30,430 nt of DNA from Thermodesulfobacteriota bacterium (GCA_039715015.1 JBDLIE010000031.1:1-30430); one strand, 5' to 3'. Shown: positions 17,456 to 28,547, counted from the stretch's first letter. Notes: generated by a model not told the origin, from the letters alone. Made by a program: numbers and translations.

Positions 17456-18223
17456 TCACCTATGCTTTTTATGAAAGGCCACCGCCTCAGCATAGGTCAT
17501 CGTTGAGCCACCAAAGATATCAAGGGCACTGCCCACTGTGGCATCGAGTTTGCCCTTACCGAGGTCAAGAATCTGCTCCATATCCGCCAGGTTCTTCACC
17601 CCCCCGGCATAGGTGGTGGGAAGTGGCGTCCAGGCCCCGAGCTTTTCGGCAAGCTCCTCCTCAATCCCCGCACATTTGCCTTCAACATCCACGGCATGGA
17701 TCAAGAACTCACAGCAAAAAGCGCTGAAGTAGTCCAAGGCTTCCTGGTTAACCACCACCTCAGTAAAATTCTGCCAGCGATCAGTGACGATGTAATAGTC
17801 GTCCCCTTTCTTACGGCAGGAAAGGTCCAAGACCAGATACTCCTTGCCCACCTCGGCAACCAGGCTGTGCAGACGGTCCTCATGAATTAAACCATCCTTA
17901 AAGACATAGGAGGTGACAATAACGGCACTTGCTCCCCTTTCCAGCCAGGAGGCGCTATTTTCGGTATTAATGCCACCGCCGATCTGCAGGCCGCCAGGAT
18001 AGGCGGCCAATGCCTCACTGGCAGCCTCAACATTACCAGGTCCCAACATGATGACATGGCCACCAGTCAGCTGGTCATGCTTGTACATCTCGGCATAATA
18101 GGAGGAGGGATGGCTTGATGCAAAATTGGTTTGCAGGGCGCTGTCAGAAGTATCGGAGAGGGTGGAACCGACAATCTGTTTGACGCGGCCATTATGGAGA
18201 TCAATACAGGGACGAAATTTCAT
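17456..18223 (-). CDS. hisA: ProFAR isomerase, eukaryotic (His6)-type
   Basis: FRPCIDLHNGRVKQIVG, GGHVIMLG, LVLDLSCR, EFLIHAVDVEGKCAGI. Confidence 0.93.
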   Translation of the reverse strand: MKFRPCIDLHNGRVKQIVGSTLSDTSDSALQTNFASSHPSSYYAEMYKHDQLTGGHVIMLGPGNVEAASEALAAYPGGLQIGGGINTENSASWLERGASAVIVTSYVFKDGLIHEDRLHSLVAEVGKEYLVLDLSCRKKGDDYYIVTDRWQNFTEVVVNQEALDYFSAFCCEFLIHAVDVEGKCAGIEEELAEKLGAWTPLPTTYAGGVKNLADMEQILDLGKGKLDATVGSALDIFGGSTMTYAEAVAFHKKHR

Positions 18224-18230
18224 GACAAGA

Positions 18231-18899
18231 TCAGCAACGAAACAGGGTCAGGGTCTGGGGATCAAGGCGCATGGCAGCACCCTCCTCTGCATAACCGGCA
18301 TCATCCTTAACAACAGAGAGGCTGATTGTACCGCCAGAAGAATCTTGCAGCTCAAGAACGGTATCCGCCTGCTCCTTAACCTTGCTAGCAAGATCAAGGC
18401 AGGAAAGCCAGAGGGTGATATTGCGCTCCTGGGCATAGGCCCGTAGTTCGGCAAAGATGGCAGCCGACTCAGTCCCCTGAGCGGCAAGGCCGTCAATCAC
18501 CACACAGTCGGGCAGGGAAATGCCATGCCTGCTTAAACCGTCAAGACGCTCGGCCAAGCGGGCAGGGCTGAAGTTTTCGGCCATGAAGGTCATGAGCAGG
18601 CGCCGGTCCATGGTTTCGCCCTCCACCTTGTCTGGCTCGGCAAGTTCCACCTGGCGGGCCTGAGCCCCAAAGGCATGGCTGTACCAAAGCTTTATATTAT
18701 TGAGCTGCTCATTGATGCCAATATGGACCACATGTTCGCCGCGCAGGAGCTTATCCAGGGCAATCTGGACCAGGATGGCGGTTTTACCGACGCCGGCAGA
18801 AGACTTGACCAGGGCTAAATGGCGACCAGCCACCATACCACCATCAGAGGGGGAGATGAGTCGTAGGGGGTTTGTCTCAATAAGTTCTTGACGCTTCAT
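18231..18899 (-). CDS. RecA/KaiC-like P-loop ATPase-fold protein of unknown function
   Basis: Walker A-like SSAGVGKT, Walker B-like CVVIDG. Confidence 0.7.
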   Translation of the reverse strand: MKRQELIETNPLRLISPSDGGMVAGRHLALVKSSAGVGKTAILVQIALDKLLRGEHVVHIGINEQLNNIKLWYSHAFGAQARQVELAEPDKVEGETMDRRLLMTFMAENFSPARLAERLDGLSRHGISLPDCVVIDGLAAQGTESAAIFAELRAYAQERNITLWLSCLDLASKVKEQADTVLELQDSSGGTISLSVVKDDAGYAEEGAAMRLDPQTLTLFRC

Positions 18900-18947
18900 G
18901 ATAAAAAAACACGAAAAAAAATTTATTTTACTGCGAACCGTAAAGGG

Positions 18948-19238
18948 CTATTGCTGCTCTTTAAACCGTTCTTCAGGGTCCTTATAATATTTCTTACCGG
19001 CATGCTCTTCTGCTTCCAGGCTGTCATCGCGAAGAGCTGGCTGTTGCTGCGAGGAGGGAATAAGGTATTTGAATTTCTGAAAGGCAAAATAGAGCACCGT
19101 CAGAATCAGGAGAAAAAGAAGCAGCCGCACAACCCAGCCCCGCACCTCCTCACTCTTCCAGCAGAGAACAAGCATCAGCAGGACAAAGCCAGCAAGAACA
19201 AGCGGGTACTGTTGGCCATAATCGATGATTTTCTCCAT
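18948..19238 (-). CDS. Small two-TM membrane protein
   Basis: GGAGGAGG RBS before MEKIIDYG; two hydrophobic helices, charged tail. Confidence 0.65.
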   Translation of the reverse strand: MEKIIDYGQQYPLVLAGFVLLMLVLCWKSEEVRGWVVRLLLFLLILTVLYFAFQKFKYLIPSSQQQPALRDDSLEAEEHAGKKYYKDPEERFKEQQ

Positions 19239-19273
19239 CTCCTCCTCCCGAAGGGTTAACTCCATACAAGTCC

Positions 19274-19319
19274 AGAAACAACAAAGCCCAACCACAGTAA
19301 TCCTGAAGTTGGGCTTTGT
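19274..19319 (-). terminator. fusA intrinsic terminator
   Basis: 12-bp inverted repeat ACAAAGCCCAAC/GTTGGGCTTTGT followed on the minus strand by TGTTTCT. Confidence 0.75.
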
Positions 19320-19394
19320 ACACTATAAAAAGCAGGTCCTGGTTTGACCGGTGGCGAGGATGTCCATCTCCGCTCAGGCCATTCCCCTCCTAGC

Positions 19395-21491
19395 TTATTT
19401 TTTTGCCCTCTTTTTAGCCAGCTCGGCCATCACCTCTTCGCCAATAGCCTTGGGCACGGCACGGTAGGAAGCAAACTCCATGGTAAACTCGGCCTTACCC
19501 TGGGTGAGGGAGCGCAGAACCGTGGAATAACCAAACATCTCGGACAGGGGAACCTCGGCCTCAACGACGGTGTAGTTGGCATCCTCGGTGGTGCCCTGAA
19601 TAATGCCGCGCCGCTGGTTGATACTACCCATGATGGCGCCCTGGAACTCGGTGGGACCTTCCACGGCAACCTTCATGATCGGTTCCATCAGAACCGGACC
19701 GGCCTTCAGATAACCCTGGCGGAAAGCGCCTTGGGAAGCAAGCTGGAAGGCAACGTCCGAGGAGTCAACGGCATGGAAGCTACCGTCATTAATGACGCAG
19801 CGTACTTTAGTGATAGGGGCCTCGGCCAGGGAACCTTTGGCCATGGACTTGGTGAAACCCTTATCACAGGAAGAGATGAATTCGCGGGGGATAACACCAC
19901 CGACGATCTTATCGACAAACTCGTAGTTTTCTTCGAACTCGTCGTCATCGGCAATGGGTTCCATATAACCGGCAACCCGGCCAAACTGTCCGGAACCACC
20001 AGACTGTTTTTTGTGGGTGTAATCAAACTCGGCCCGCTTGGTAATGGCCTCGCGATAGGCAACCTGGGGAGCACCAACCTCAACCTCAGCTTCATACTCA
20101 CGCTTCATACGCTCGATGTACACCTCAAGATGAAGCTCACCCATACCCTGGATGATGGTCTCGTTGGTCTCATCATCAACAAAGGTCTTGAAGGTGGGGT
20201 CTTCCTTGGTGAAGCGGTTCAGGGCCTTGGACATATTGGTCTGAGCCTTATTGTCCACCGGATTGATGGACAGGGAGATAACCGGGGCCGGGATATGCAT
20301 GGAGGTCATGGAGTAGTTGACGTTGCTATCGCAGAAAGTGTCGCCGGAGGCGCAGTCAACGCCGAAAAGGGCGACAATATCGCCACCGCCGGTATCGTCA
20401 ATCTCTTCCATCTCGTCGGAGTGCATGCGCACCAGACGACCGATCTTAACCTTCTTGCCGGTACGGGTATTGAAGATGGAATCGCCCTTCTTCAGAGTAC
20501 CCTGATAAACACGGATATAGGTAAGCTGACCGTAGCGGCCATCCTCCAGTTTGAAGGCCAGGGCCACAAGGGGATCCTTGACATCGTTACTCACCTTTAC
20601 CTCGGCCTCATCATTATCGAGGTCTAGGGCGATATTCTCCACATCAAAGGGAGTGGGCATGTAGTCAATTACACCGTCAAGCAGGGGCTGGACACCCTTA
20701 TTCTTGAAGGCAGTACCGATGAAGACGGGAACGAATTCCAGATCCAGAGTACCCTTACGGATGGCACGCTTGATCATCTCGACAGTGGGCTCACCCTCGA
20801 GAACGGCCTCCATCAGGTCATCATCAAACATAGAGGCGGCATCAAGAAGCTCCTCACGCAGGGCCTCAGCATCGGCCTGGTACTGGGCCGGGATATCCTC
20901 TTCACGGATATTCTCACCATTATCGCCGTCAAAATAGAGGGCCTTCATGGTCACCAGATCAATAACACCCTCCATGTCACCTTCAAGGCCCATGGGCAGC
21001 TGCATATGGATGGCATTAAGGCCCAGTTTGTCGCGCACCTGCTCGGTGACGCGGGCAGGATTGGCGCCGGTGCGGTCACACTTGTTGACAAAGACAACTC
21101 GGGGAACGTTATAGCGCGTCATCTGGCGGTTAACCGTGATGGACTGGGACTGAACACCACCTACGGAGCAGAGGATCAGGACTGCGCCGTCAAGTACACG
21201 CAGCGCACGCTCAACCTCAACGGTAAAGTCAACGTGACCAGGAGTATCAATAATATTGATGTCATTACCCTTCCAGTTACAGAAGGTGGCAGCGGACTGA
21301 ATGGTAATACCGCGCTCTTTTTCAAGCTCCATGGAGTCCATGGTGGCGCCGACGCCGTCTTTGCCACGAACCTCATGGATGGCGTGGATACGGTCGGTAT
21401 AAAACAAGACACGCTCGGTAAGGGTGGTTTTACCTGAATCAATATGGGCCGAGATGCCGATATTTCTGACTTTTTTGAGATCTGCTAGCAT
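19395..21491 (-). CDS. fusA: Elongation factor G, stand-alone copy (spirochete/deltaproteobacterial, mitochondrial EF-G1-like type)
   Basis: [62 protein letters not shown]; no rpsL/rpsG/tuf adjacent. Confidence 0.97.
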   Translation of the reverse strand: MLADLKKVRNIGISAHIDSGKTTLTERVLFYTDRIHAIHEVRGKDGVGATMDSMELEKERGITIQSAATFCNWKGNDINIIDTPGHVDFTVEVERALRVLDGAVLILCSVGGVQSQSITVNRQMTRYNVPRVVFVNKCDRTGANPARVTEQVRDKLGLNAIHMQLPMGLEGDMEGVIDLVTMKALYFDGDNGENIREEDIPAQYQADAEALREELLDAASMFDDDLMEAVLEGEPTVEMIKRAIRKGTLDLEFVPVFIGTAFKNKGVQPLLDGVIDYMPTPFDVENIALDLDNDEAEVKVSNDVKDPLVALAFKLEDGRYGQLTYIRVYQGTLKKGDSIFNTRTGKKVKIGRLVRMHSDEMEEIDDTGGGDIVALFGVDCASGDTFCDSNVNYSMTSMHIPAPVISLSINPVDNKAQTNMSKALNRFTKEDPTFKTFVDDETNETIIQGMGELHLEVYIERMKREYEAEVEVGAPQVAYREAITKRAEFDYTHKKQSGGSGQFGRVAGYMEPIADDDEFEENYEFVDKIVGGVIPREFISSCDKGFTKSMAKGSLAEAPITKVRCVINDGSFHAVDSSDVAFQLASQGAFRQGYLKAGPVLMEPIMKVAVEGPTEFQGAIMGSINQRRGIIQGTTEDANYTVVEAEVPLSEMFGYSTVLRSLTQGKAEFTMEFASYRAVPKAIGEEVMAELAKKRAKK

Positions 21492-21559
21492 TGGTACATC
21501 CTCGTCGTAATAACGTAATTACTGTGCTGAATGAAGAACAAATCAGCGCTTGTAGAGAC

Positions 21560-21624
21560 TAAAAAAAATAGGCCGGGGAAGAGTCCCAAGCCGTATAAAA
21601 AACGGCCCGCAAAATGGGGCCGTT
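21560..21624 (-). terminator. Two tandem terminator-like hairpins upstream of fusA
   Basis: AACGGCCC-N8-GGGCCGTT-TTTT and GGCTTGGGA-CTCT-TCCCCGGCC-TATTTTTTT on the minus strand. Confidence 0.65.
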
Positions 21625-21652
21625 ATCACTTATATGGGAATGAAAGCGCGCA

Positions 21653-21681
21653 ACAATACCTTCAACTCCCGGCGCTGTCAA
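21653..21681 (-). promoter_or_regulatory. Sigma70-type promoter facing fusA
   Basis: TTGACA-17 nt-TATTGT. Confidence 0.65.
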
Positions 21682-21688
21682 GAAAAAA

Positions 21689-22249
21689 CTACGCAGTTCC
21701 AAAGGCATCGGCAAAAAGTTGCTCGATGGCCTGTCTGCCCTCTGTGGTGAGGTCGCGAGTGCCTGAGGCGCAAAAGGTCTCATGCTCTATTTTGGGCTGA
21801 TCTTCCTGCCATTTTCCCTCTTCCCAGGCAAACCACTGTTTTTTTATCTGATCATAAACAGACACGGGGCGCTGGAAGAGCTTGGCCAGCTCCACAGCCC
21901 AACCCGTACCGCCCTTGACCGTGCCATCATCCAGGATGGTTCCCACCACAAAGACCTGGTGGCCGGAGTTGACCATATGGAAGATAAGTTGGAGCACCTT
22001 CCTGATCTTTCTCTTCTCGTAATAGGTGCGGTTCATCATCTTGGAGGCCAGCTCCATGGAAATATCACCGCGGGCAAGCTCCTCATCTGAGAGATGATGG
22101 ATATTGCAGTTGCGCTCCACCTTATGACCCATGAAGGAGTAATTAACCTCCTTTACTCCCCATTTTTCTGCCATTTCGCCAAAGACGCTTTCCACGCCGC
22201 GATGGCCACCGGAAAACAACGTACATTTATGCCTATCAAGCATTGACAC
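21689..22249 (-). CDS. Conserved hypothetical protein, SLOG-like fold
   Basis: LFSGGHRG, GGTGWAVELAKLFQRPVSVYDQ, SGTR motifs resemble the SLOG (YspA/DprA-like) superfamily. Confidence 0.65.
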   Translation of the reverse strand: MSMLDRHKCTLFSGGHRGVESVFGEMAEKWGVKEVNYSFMGHKVERNCNIHHLSDEELARGDISMELASKMMNRTYYEKRKIRKVLQLIFHMVNSGHQVFVVGTILDDGTVKGGTGWAVELAKLFQRPVSVYDQIKKQWFAWEEGKWQEDQPKIEHETFCASGTRDLTTEGRQAIEQLFADAFGTA

Positions 22250-22376
22250 GCTCCATTTTGTTGCTGTGAAGATACAAAAATATTTCGGGGTTGATGGGCC
22301 TCGTTGTCAAGAATGAGGCTAAGGAGAAAAAGTGTACAGGAAAAGAGTGCCTGCTGGCAAGGCCTTAGACTATTTT

Positions 22377-22725
22377 TCAGGTAAAGAGCGCCGCCAGGTC
22401 TTGTTCCAGCTCATCAAACTCTTGCCGGCAATCGCTCTCCCGGCCCTGGCAAGCATCTTTTCCAGCCTGGCCATCCGTAGTCCCAACTCGTTGCAGCCAA
22501 GATTTAGCGGGCTGCCTTTCAGGCTGTGAACACTTTTCTCAAAGGCAACCACCTCGTTACTTTCAAAATCTTTGCGGTAACTGGCAACCTGGAAAGAGAG
22601 GGTGCAAGGGAGGAATCGACAAGCTCTTCAACCTTATCCGGGCCAATGCGATATGCGTCGCTGAGATGATCAATAATTTTCTGAACGAGCCAGTCAGGTG
22701 CGTCAGCGGCTAGCTGCCCTATTTT
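22377..22725 (-). pseudogene. Frameshifted C-terminal Hpt domain of the hybrid kinase
   Basis: Three frames join to give LVQKIIDHLSDAYRIGPDKVEELV / TLSFQVASYRKDFESNEVVAFEKSVHSLKGSPLNLG / ESDCRQEFDELEQDLAALFT*; no start codon of its own. Confidence 0.75.
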
Positions 22726-24730
22726 TTGCAATAATACCAACAAGGTCAGCAAGTGCCTTCTTGTCATAAGGTTTACTAAGATAGTCATCAAAGAGATCTT
22801 TTAAGCCAGCAGGTTGTTCATCCCCAAAGGGCACATCGCTTACGGCTACCAAATAGGTGTGATGCCCTTTTAGGCGGGCACTGAGCCAGTCAACATCATA
22901 GCCAAGCTCAAGGCGCTGCACCTCTTCCCCCCTTTCAAAGGCACGGATATCCAAGGCTGTACTTCTGCCGTCCAACACCGGCATGTCCAGATATAAAAAG
23001 ACGACTTCATATTGAAACTTCGCCATACAATGCAGCGCTTCAATACCATCGCCCACGCCCTTAACCCGGTGGCCACTCTGCTCCAGAATACGTTGCCCCT
23101 TTTCTCGCTGGCCGCTCTCGCTGTCCACAAGTAAAATCTCCAGGGCCCGGGCCGGACGATCTTTAGGTTCCAGTTCAGCAGTCCAGGGCGTTTCCGGGCC
23201 GGAAAACTTCATTTTTACCAGAGGCAGCGACAGGGTAAAGACGCTGCCCTGATCCACCTCACTCTCAACAGTTATCTCGCCGCCCATAAGCTTGACGAGC
23301 TGATTTGAAATGGCCAGGCCAAGGCCGGTACCTCCATACTTTCTAGTCACAGAGGCGTCGCCTTGGGCGAAGGTGTCAAATATGGTGGCGAGCTTCTCCT
23401 GGGCAATGCCGATACCTGTATCACGAACCAAGATAACGGCAAGCAGTCGATGATCATCCAACTCTTCCAAATGAGCCTCAATCTTCACCTCACCGCTTTC
23501 CGTAAATTTAACGGCATTACTGACAAGGATCATGAGGATCTGGCGCATGCGTAAGGCATCGCCTTGGACTATAAAGGGGGAATCGGCGACTGCCGCCTGG
23601 ACAGCCACCCCCTTTTTCCCTGCTTCAACTTTAACAACCTCGGCAACGGAGTAGACCAACTCTTTGAGGTCAAAAGGCTTTTCAGCAAAATCCAGCTTCC
23701 CGCCTTCAATTTTTGAAAAATCAAGAATATCTTCGATCAACCCCAGCAATATTTCACCAGCATTCTGAATCCTGCTGAGATAGCGATGCTGGGTGGGGCT
23801 GAGCTCCGTGTCCAGGACCAGGCCGGTCATGCCGATTATGCTATTCATCGGGGTTCGGACCTCATGGCTCATGGTGGCGAGAAAATCGGACTTGATCTTA
23901 TTCGCTGTACCAGCATCTTTTTTAGCCTTTTCCATCTCCTGACTGACAAAGCAAAGCTGACTGTGGGCCGCATAAATCTGGCGGGCAATAATCCAACAAA
24001 TAACAAAAATCCCTAAAACTATCGCCGCCATGATGCTTAGAGCAACCTTAACATAGATGGCTTTGCGGGTGGAAATTTCCGTTTTGAGTCGTTCCAGATT
24101 TCTATGGCCCTGGTAGTAAAGACCGTTGGCATTTTCATGGAGCCGGACAAAATGGGACGGCGACTTTTTCAAGAAAGCGAGAACTTCTTCTCTGATGGCC
24201 ATTTTGGCCGCCTGGTCACTGCCGCTGAAAATACTGTTACGTTTGGCAACCAGGTCAACCAGGGTCTGCATGCGCTCCTTAATCTCCTGGACCTTAGGCC
24301 TGATATCTATAATCTCAAGAGCATAGCCCTCTTCCCCCTTTGGCCTGTAGACAATGGTTCGGCTAAAATCCTGCACCCCTTCCTGGTTCAAACGAATAAT
24401 AGCCGTGAGAGATCCTCCATTGTTAAAAACGTTAAAGGCTTGCTCTATGTGCTCAAAATAGACCTCGGTCCTGGTGTAAATATTTTCCAAGTTCCTACTG
24501 CCGGTGGAGGATGCTACCAGCTGATAATAATTACGTTCGATCTGGTTAATATTGCTTATAATCTCTTCGCCGATGGCAATCCGGGACCTCTCGTTGCTCA
24601 GCTCCTGATCAAACTGGGAAAGGAGGCCCATAAAGGAAAAATGGAGGGCCAACAGGAGAAAAAAACCCACCGCAAAGACGATGACAAGACCCACGACATA
24701 TCTCAGAATTTTTTTCGGGGATTTCAACAT
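22703..24730 (-). CDS. Membrane-bound hybrid sensor histidine kinase with a degenerate receiver domain
   Basis: Two TMs; [32 protein letters not shown]; receiver reads [10 protein letters not shown]. Confidence 0.9.
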   Translation of the reverse strand: MLKSPKKILRYVVGLVIVFAVGFFLLLALHFSFMGLLSQFDQELSNERSRIAIGEEIISNINQIERNYYQLVASSTGSRNLENIYTRTEVYFEHIEQAFNVFNNGGSLTAIIRLNQEGVQDFSRTIVYRPKGEEGYALEIIDIRPKVQEIKERMQTLVDLVAKRNSIFSGSDQAAKMAIREEVLAFLKKSPSHFVRLHENANGLYYQGHRNLERLKTEISTRKAIYVKVALSIMAAIVLGIFVICWIIARQIYAAHSQLCFVSQEMEKAKKDAGTANKIKSDFLATMSHEVRTPMNSIIGMTGLVLDTELSPTQHRYLSRIQNAGEILLGLIEDILDFSKIEGGKLDFAEKPFDLKELVYSVAEVVKVEAGKKGVAVQAAVADSPFIVQGDALRMRQILMILVSNAVKFTESGEVKIEAHLEELDDHRLLAVILVRDTGIGIAQEKLATIFDTFAQGDASVTRKYGGTGLGLAISNQLVKLMGGEITVESEVDQGSVFTLSLPLVKMKFSGPETPWTAELEPKDRPARALEILLVDSESGQREKGQRILEQSGHRVKGVGDGIEALHCMAKFQYEVVFLYLDMPVLDGRSTALDIRAFERGEEVQRLELGYDVDWLSARLKGHHTYLVAVSDVPFGDEQPAGLKDLFDDYLSKPYDKKALADLVGIIAKNRAASR

Positions 24731-24735
24731 GTCAT

Positions 24736-25539
24736 TTATCTTTGGAGAGACCCCTGACCGGCAACCTGATCAAGAAATCCATATTTCTTAAAAATTTCCT
24801 GGCCAGAGGGAGAAACCGCATAGAGCATGAACTCTTTGGCCAGCTTGGGGTTATCGGAAAAGGAGAGAAGGTTTAAGAGTAGTTTCTTCTTGGGGGCAAT
24901 AGACGCGGGCAGAACGAGGACGTCCATGAGCGCTTTATTTTCCTTAAAATTTGCCGTGGCCCGCCAGTTCATCGCCAGGTCTATGCCATCTTCGACAATG
25001 CTTCTTCTAATGTTACGGGAGGCTGCAGGGAGGGCCACACTGTTTCGCAACACCTCTTCATAAATCCCTGCCTTCTCCAAAATTTTCTTTGTATGCAGGC
25101 CTATACTGCCACTTTCGGGATTCCCGATGACCACCGTATATCTTTGATCTGCTAAATTTTTAATATCGCTGCTGATATTCTTAGGGTTGCCCTTCTGGAC
25201 AATCAGGGCCGCCTGATTGTCACCCACATAGACATAGTCGGCAAACAACCCCTCAAACAGATACTTTTGGCGGTATACCGGCGAACCTGGCAAATAGAGG
25301 TCTCCCCGGCGACTCAACCTTAAACTCTTATACAAATCTTCTGAACCGCCCTGGATAATAGACACACGGCAGCCATGCATTTTCTCGAAATGGCTGGCAA
25401 TCTCCTGGATGGCATGCCTCATGGTGATTCCGGTATAAATCACCAGGCGATCTGCACCCTTCTCTTCATCCGCCGGGCTACTGCAGCCGGCCAGGAGAAC
25501 GGCAAGAAGAAAAATATGCAAAGTTTTAAACAGGCTCAC
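24736..25539 (-). CDS. ModA-like periplasmic solute-binding lipoprotein
   Basis: Lipobox [62 protein letters not shown]. Confidence 0.8.
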   Translation of the reverse strand: MSLFKTLHIFLLAVLLAGCSSPADEEKGADRLVIYTGITMRHAIQEIASHFEKMHGCRVSIIQGGSEDLYKSLRLSRRGDLYLPGSPVYRQKYLFEGLFADYVYVGDNQAALIVQKGNPKNISSDIKNLADQRYTVVIGNPESGSIGLHTKKILEKAGIYEEVLRNSVALPAASRNIRRSIVEDGIDLAMNWRATANFKENKALMDVLVLPASIAPKKKLLLNLLSFSDNPKLAKEFMLYAVSPSGQEIFKKYGFLDQVAGQGSLQR

Positions 25540-25882
25540 AGGTGCTCCTTAATAAAAGAGGTTCCTTTTATAGGATAGTGAACACTGCTGTGTAAATTCA
25601 AGTTGTTTATCTCCCCCCTCCGCATGGAGACAGCTCAACAACCTTGCTTCATCATAAGAAAATTCTCTGCAGCCACCCGTTGTTTTATTTTTTTGACATC
25701 GACAGAGACTCTCACTATCCTTTTTTAGAAGGACTTTTCTTTTCAAGAAAACCTTTTTCGAGGTCGGAGAATACCCATAAAACTCTTTCTGCCAAGCAAT
25801 GACTTCGCCCTCTTAAAACAGCTCTTCCCTGGAATCTTTTATCCGCCTGTGGGCCTTTATCGATGACTAATAAGGAGAACCA

Positions 25883-28294
25883 ATGACTATCCATAAAATC
25901 AGCCCGGAAGAGGCCTATCATCGTTGCAACCTGGAAAATTTCTCCTTTGAAACCACGGAGGAGGTGGAGGAGCTTTCCCATTTTATTGGCCAAGACCGGG
26001 CCCTTGAAGCCGTTGATTTCGGCATTGAGATGCAGCAACAGGGCTATAACCTCTTTGTCCTTGGCCCGGAGGGCTCCGGCCGCCACACCATGGTGGAATC
26101 CTTCATCCATGATAGGGCCAGCAAGAATGCCACCCCCAGCGACTGGTGCTATGTTCATAATTTTCATCACGCCCATAAGCCCCTGGCCTTGGAACTTCAT
26201 GCCAGCCAAGGCATGGTCTTCAAGGCCGAGATGTATGAGCTTATCGATACCCTGAAGACCACCATCCCCGCCATTTTTGAGGGGGATGATTACCGGGTTC
26301 GACGCAAGGCTATCAATGACCTTCTTTCCCAGAAAATTGAGACTCTCTACCACGAGGTGGAAAAAAAGGCAGAAGCGCAAAGTGTTGCCGTATCGCGAAG
26401 CGAGCAGGGTTTTCGTTTCTCCCCCACTGATGGCAAGGGCGAGCCCCTCAGTGTAGACGAGTTTGGCAAGTTGCCTAAAGAGGTCAAAAAAAGAATCGAA
26501 GAGACCATTGAGAAACTGCAAACCATCCTGCAAGAGGCCATTCACCAGATCAGTGTCTGGAAACGTGAAAATGAGGAACAGTCGCGTAAACTCAAGAAAG
26601 AGACGGCAAAACTGGCGGTCTCGCCCCTCATCGAGACCCTGAAGGGCAAGTATAAGGATAACGACAAAATTATCCATTACCTTGAAGACGTTGAAGAAGA
26701 CATCAGCGAACGGGTGGATGATTTCCGCGGTGATGAGCAAGAGGGCCAGAACCCTCTCATTCTTGCTGTTGGCGGCGGCCATGCTCCTTCCTTTGACCAG
26801 TACGAGGTCAATGTCCTGATTAGCCATGAAAACAACCATGGCTCGCCCGTTGTCTATGAAGATCTGCCCACTTACCAGAATCTCCATGGCCGCATCGAAC
26901 ACCAGGCCAAGATGGGCATGCTCACCACCAACTTTACCCTGATTAAGCCTGGTGCCCTCCACCAGGCCAATAACGGCTATCTGATCGTCGACGCCAGAAG
27001 ACTGCTCATGCAGCCCTTTGCCTACGAAGGACTGAAAAGAACCCTCCGTTCTCGAAAGATTCATATTGAACCTGTGGAACGGCTTCTGGGCCTGATGAGC
27101 ACGGTCTCTCTGGAGCCGGAAGCCATGGATCTTGACATCAAGGTCGTCTTGATCGGCGAACCCATGATCTACTATCTCTTGAATGCCTATGACCCTGAAT
27201 TTATTTCACTTTTCAAGGTGCAGGCCGACTTTGAAAGCGACATGGAACGCAGCAAGGGGAGCCAGGACCTCTATGCCACCCTCATTGCCAGACTGGCCAA
27301 GGACAAGAGGCTTCTGCCCCTCCACCGCACTGCCGTGGCCCGCCTCATTGAACAGGCCACCCGCGAGGCCGGTGATCGGGAAAAGCTGTCGCTGCGGATT
27401 CGGGATTTTGCCGACCTGATGCAGGAAGCCGACTTTCTGGCCAAGAAAGACAGCAAAACAACCATTGATGACAGTGATGTGGAAAGGGCCATTGTCGCCA
27501 GCCAACGGCGGGGCGGCAGAATCAAGGACCGTTTCTTCGAGGCCATGGAGAACAACATCCGCCATATTGAGACCGAGGGCACCAAGGCCGGACAGATAAA
27601 CGGCCTTTCTGTACTCATACTGGGGCGCGATTCCTTTGGAAGTCCGACCCGGATCACCGCTCTAACCAGGCCGGGCAAGGGCAAGATAGTCGACATAGAG
27701 CGAGAGGTGGAATTGGGAGGCCCCATTCATTCCAAAGGGGTGATGATCCTCTCCTCCTTTTTAAGCAGCCGCTATGCCCGCTCCACCCCCCTTACCCTCC
27801 ACGCCAGCCTGGTCTTTGAACAATCCTACGGCGGCGTGGAGGGCGACAGCGCCTCCTGCGCCGAGCTCTGCACCCTGCTCTCCTCCCTGGCCGATGCCCC
27901 CATCAAGCAATCCCTGGCCATCACCGGTTCGGTGAGCCAGAAGGGTGAGGTGCAGGCAATCGGCGGCGTCAACGAAAAAATAGAGGGATTTTTCGACCTT
28001 TGCCAGAGCCGGGGCCTCACCGGTGACCAAGGGGTCATTATCCCAGCCAGCAATGTCCGCCATCTGATGCTGAAAAAAGAGGTGGTTGAGGCCATGGAGC
28101 AGGAGTCATTTAGTGTGACGGCAGTAAATACGGCAGACGAAGCGGTTGAGCTTCTCACCGGTGTGCCGGCAGGAGAACGGGATGAGGAGGGTAACTATCC
28201 CGAGGACTCGATCAATGGCAGGGTGGAGGCCACCCTGCTTAATTTTGCCAAGACCTTGCAGGAGTTTGATAAGGAGGGAGAGGGGAAGAAATAA
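25883..28294 (+). CDS. Lon-type (S16, LonB/LonC-like) ATP-dependent protease
   Basis: IGQDRA, GPEGSGRHT, PGALHQANNGYL, catalytic GDSAS and GGVNEKIEGF. Confidence 0.9.
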   Translation: MTIHKISPEEAYHRCNLENFSFETTEEVEELSHFIGQDRALEAVDFGIEMQQQGYNLFVLGPEGSGRHTMVESFIHDRASKNATPSDWCYVHNFHHAHKPLALELHASQGMVFKAEMYELIDTLKTTIPAIFEGDDYRVRRKAINDLLSQKIETLYHEVEKKAEAQSVAVSRSEQGFRFSPTDGKGEPLSVDEFGKLPKEVKKRIEETIEKLQTILQEAIHQISVWKRENEEQSRKLKKETAKLAVSPLIETLKGKYKDNDKIIHYLEDVEEDISERVDDFRGDEQEGQNPLILAVGGGHAPSFDQYEVNVLISHENNHGSPVVYEDLPTYQNLHGRIEHQAKMGMLTTNFTLIKPGALHQANNGYLIVDARRLLMQPFAYEGLKRTLRSRKIHIEPVERLLGLMSTVSLEPEAMDLDIKVVLIGEPMIYYLLNAYDPEFISLFKVQADFESDMERSKGSQDLYATLIARLAKDKRLLPLHRTAVARLIEQATREAGDREKLSLRIRDFADLMQEADFLAKKDSKTTIDDSDVERAIVASQRRGGRIKDRFFEAMENNIRHIETEGTKAGQINGLSVLILGRDSFGSPTRITALTRPGKGKIVDIEREVELGGPIHSKGVMILSSFLSSRYARSTPLTLHASLVFEQSYGGVEGDSASCAELCTLLSSLADAPIKQSLAITGSVSQKGEVQAIGGVNEKIEGFFDLCQSRGLTGDQGVIIPASNVRHLMLKKEVVEAMEQESFSVTAVNTADEAVELLTGVPAGERDEEGNYPEDSINGRVEATLLNFAKTLQEFDKEGEGKK

Positions 28295-28547
28295 AACTGG
28301 ACGACCTTACAAAGCATGCGTTGCAATTGCAGGCCACAACGAGAAAGAAATTCAGACGTCCTTGTACCCTTGAAAACATCGAGCGTCACAGCGATACGCA
28401 TTGTCAACAAAGCAGTGGCCGGAACCATGCCGGCAAACTCTTCCGCAGGATGCGGTGGATGATCTGCCCGCCTCGCTCAGCATCTGGCATCTCCGGAGGC
28501 CCACAATCGCCTCGGGCCGCCTTTTTACAAACTTCAGCGGCCCCAGA

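Noticed and set aside
18224..18240. Cys-TGA at the end of the P-loop protein as possible Sec
   Set aside because: No SECIS-like hairpin; hisA starts 7 nt later.
19344..20627. 427-aa plus-strand ORF
   Set aside because: Antisense shadow of fusA; no motifs or RBS.
25550..25650. Hairpins in the leader of the ModA-like gene as a possible Moco/Wco riboswitch
   Set aside because: I could not identify the conserved riboswitch motifs; an Rfam search would be needed.
25715..27064. 449-aa minus-strand ORF
   Set aside because: Antisense shadow of the Lon-type protease.
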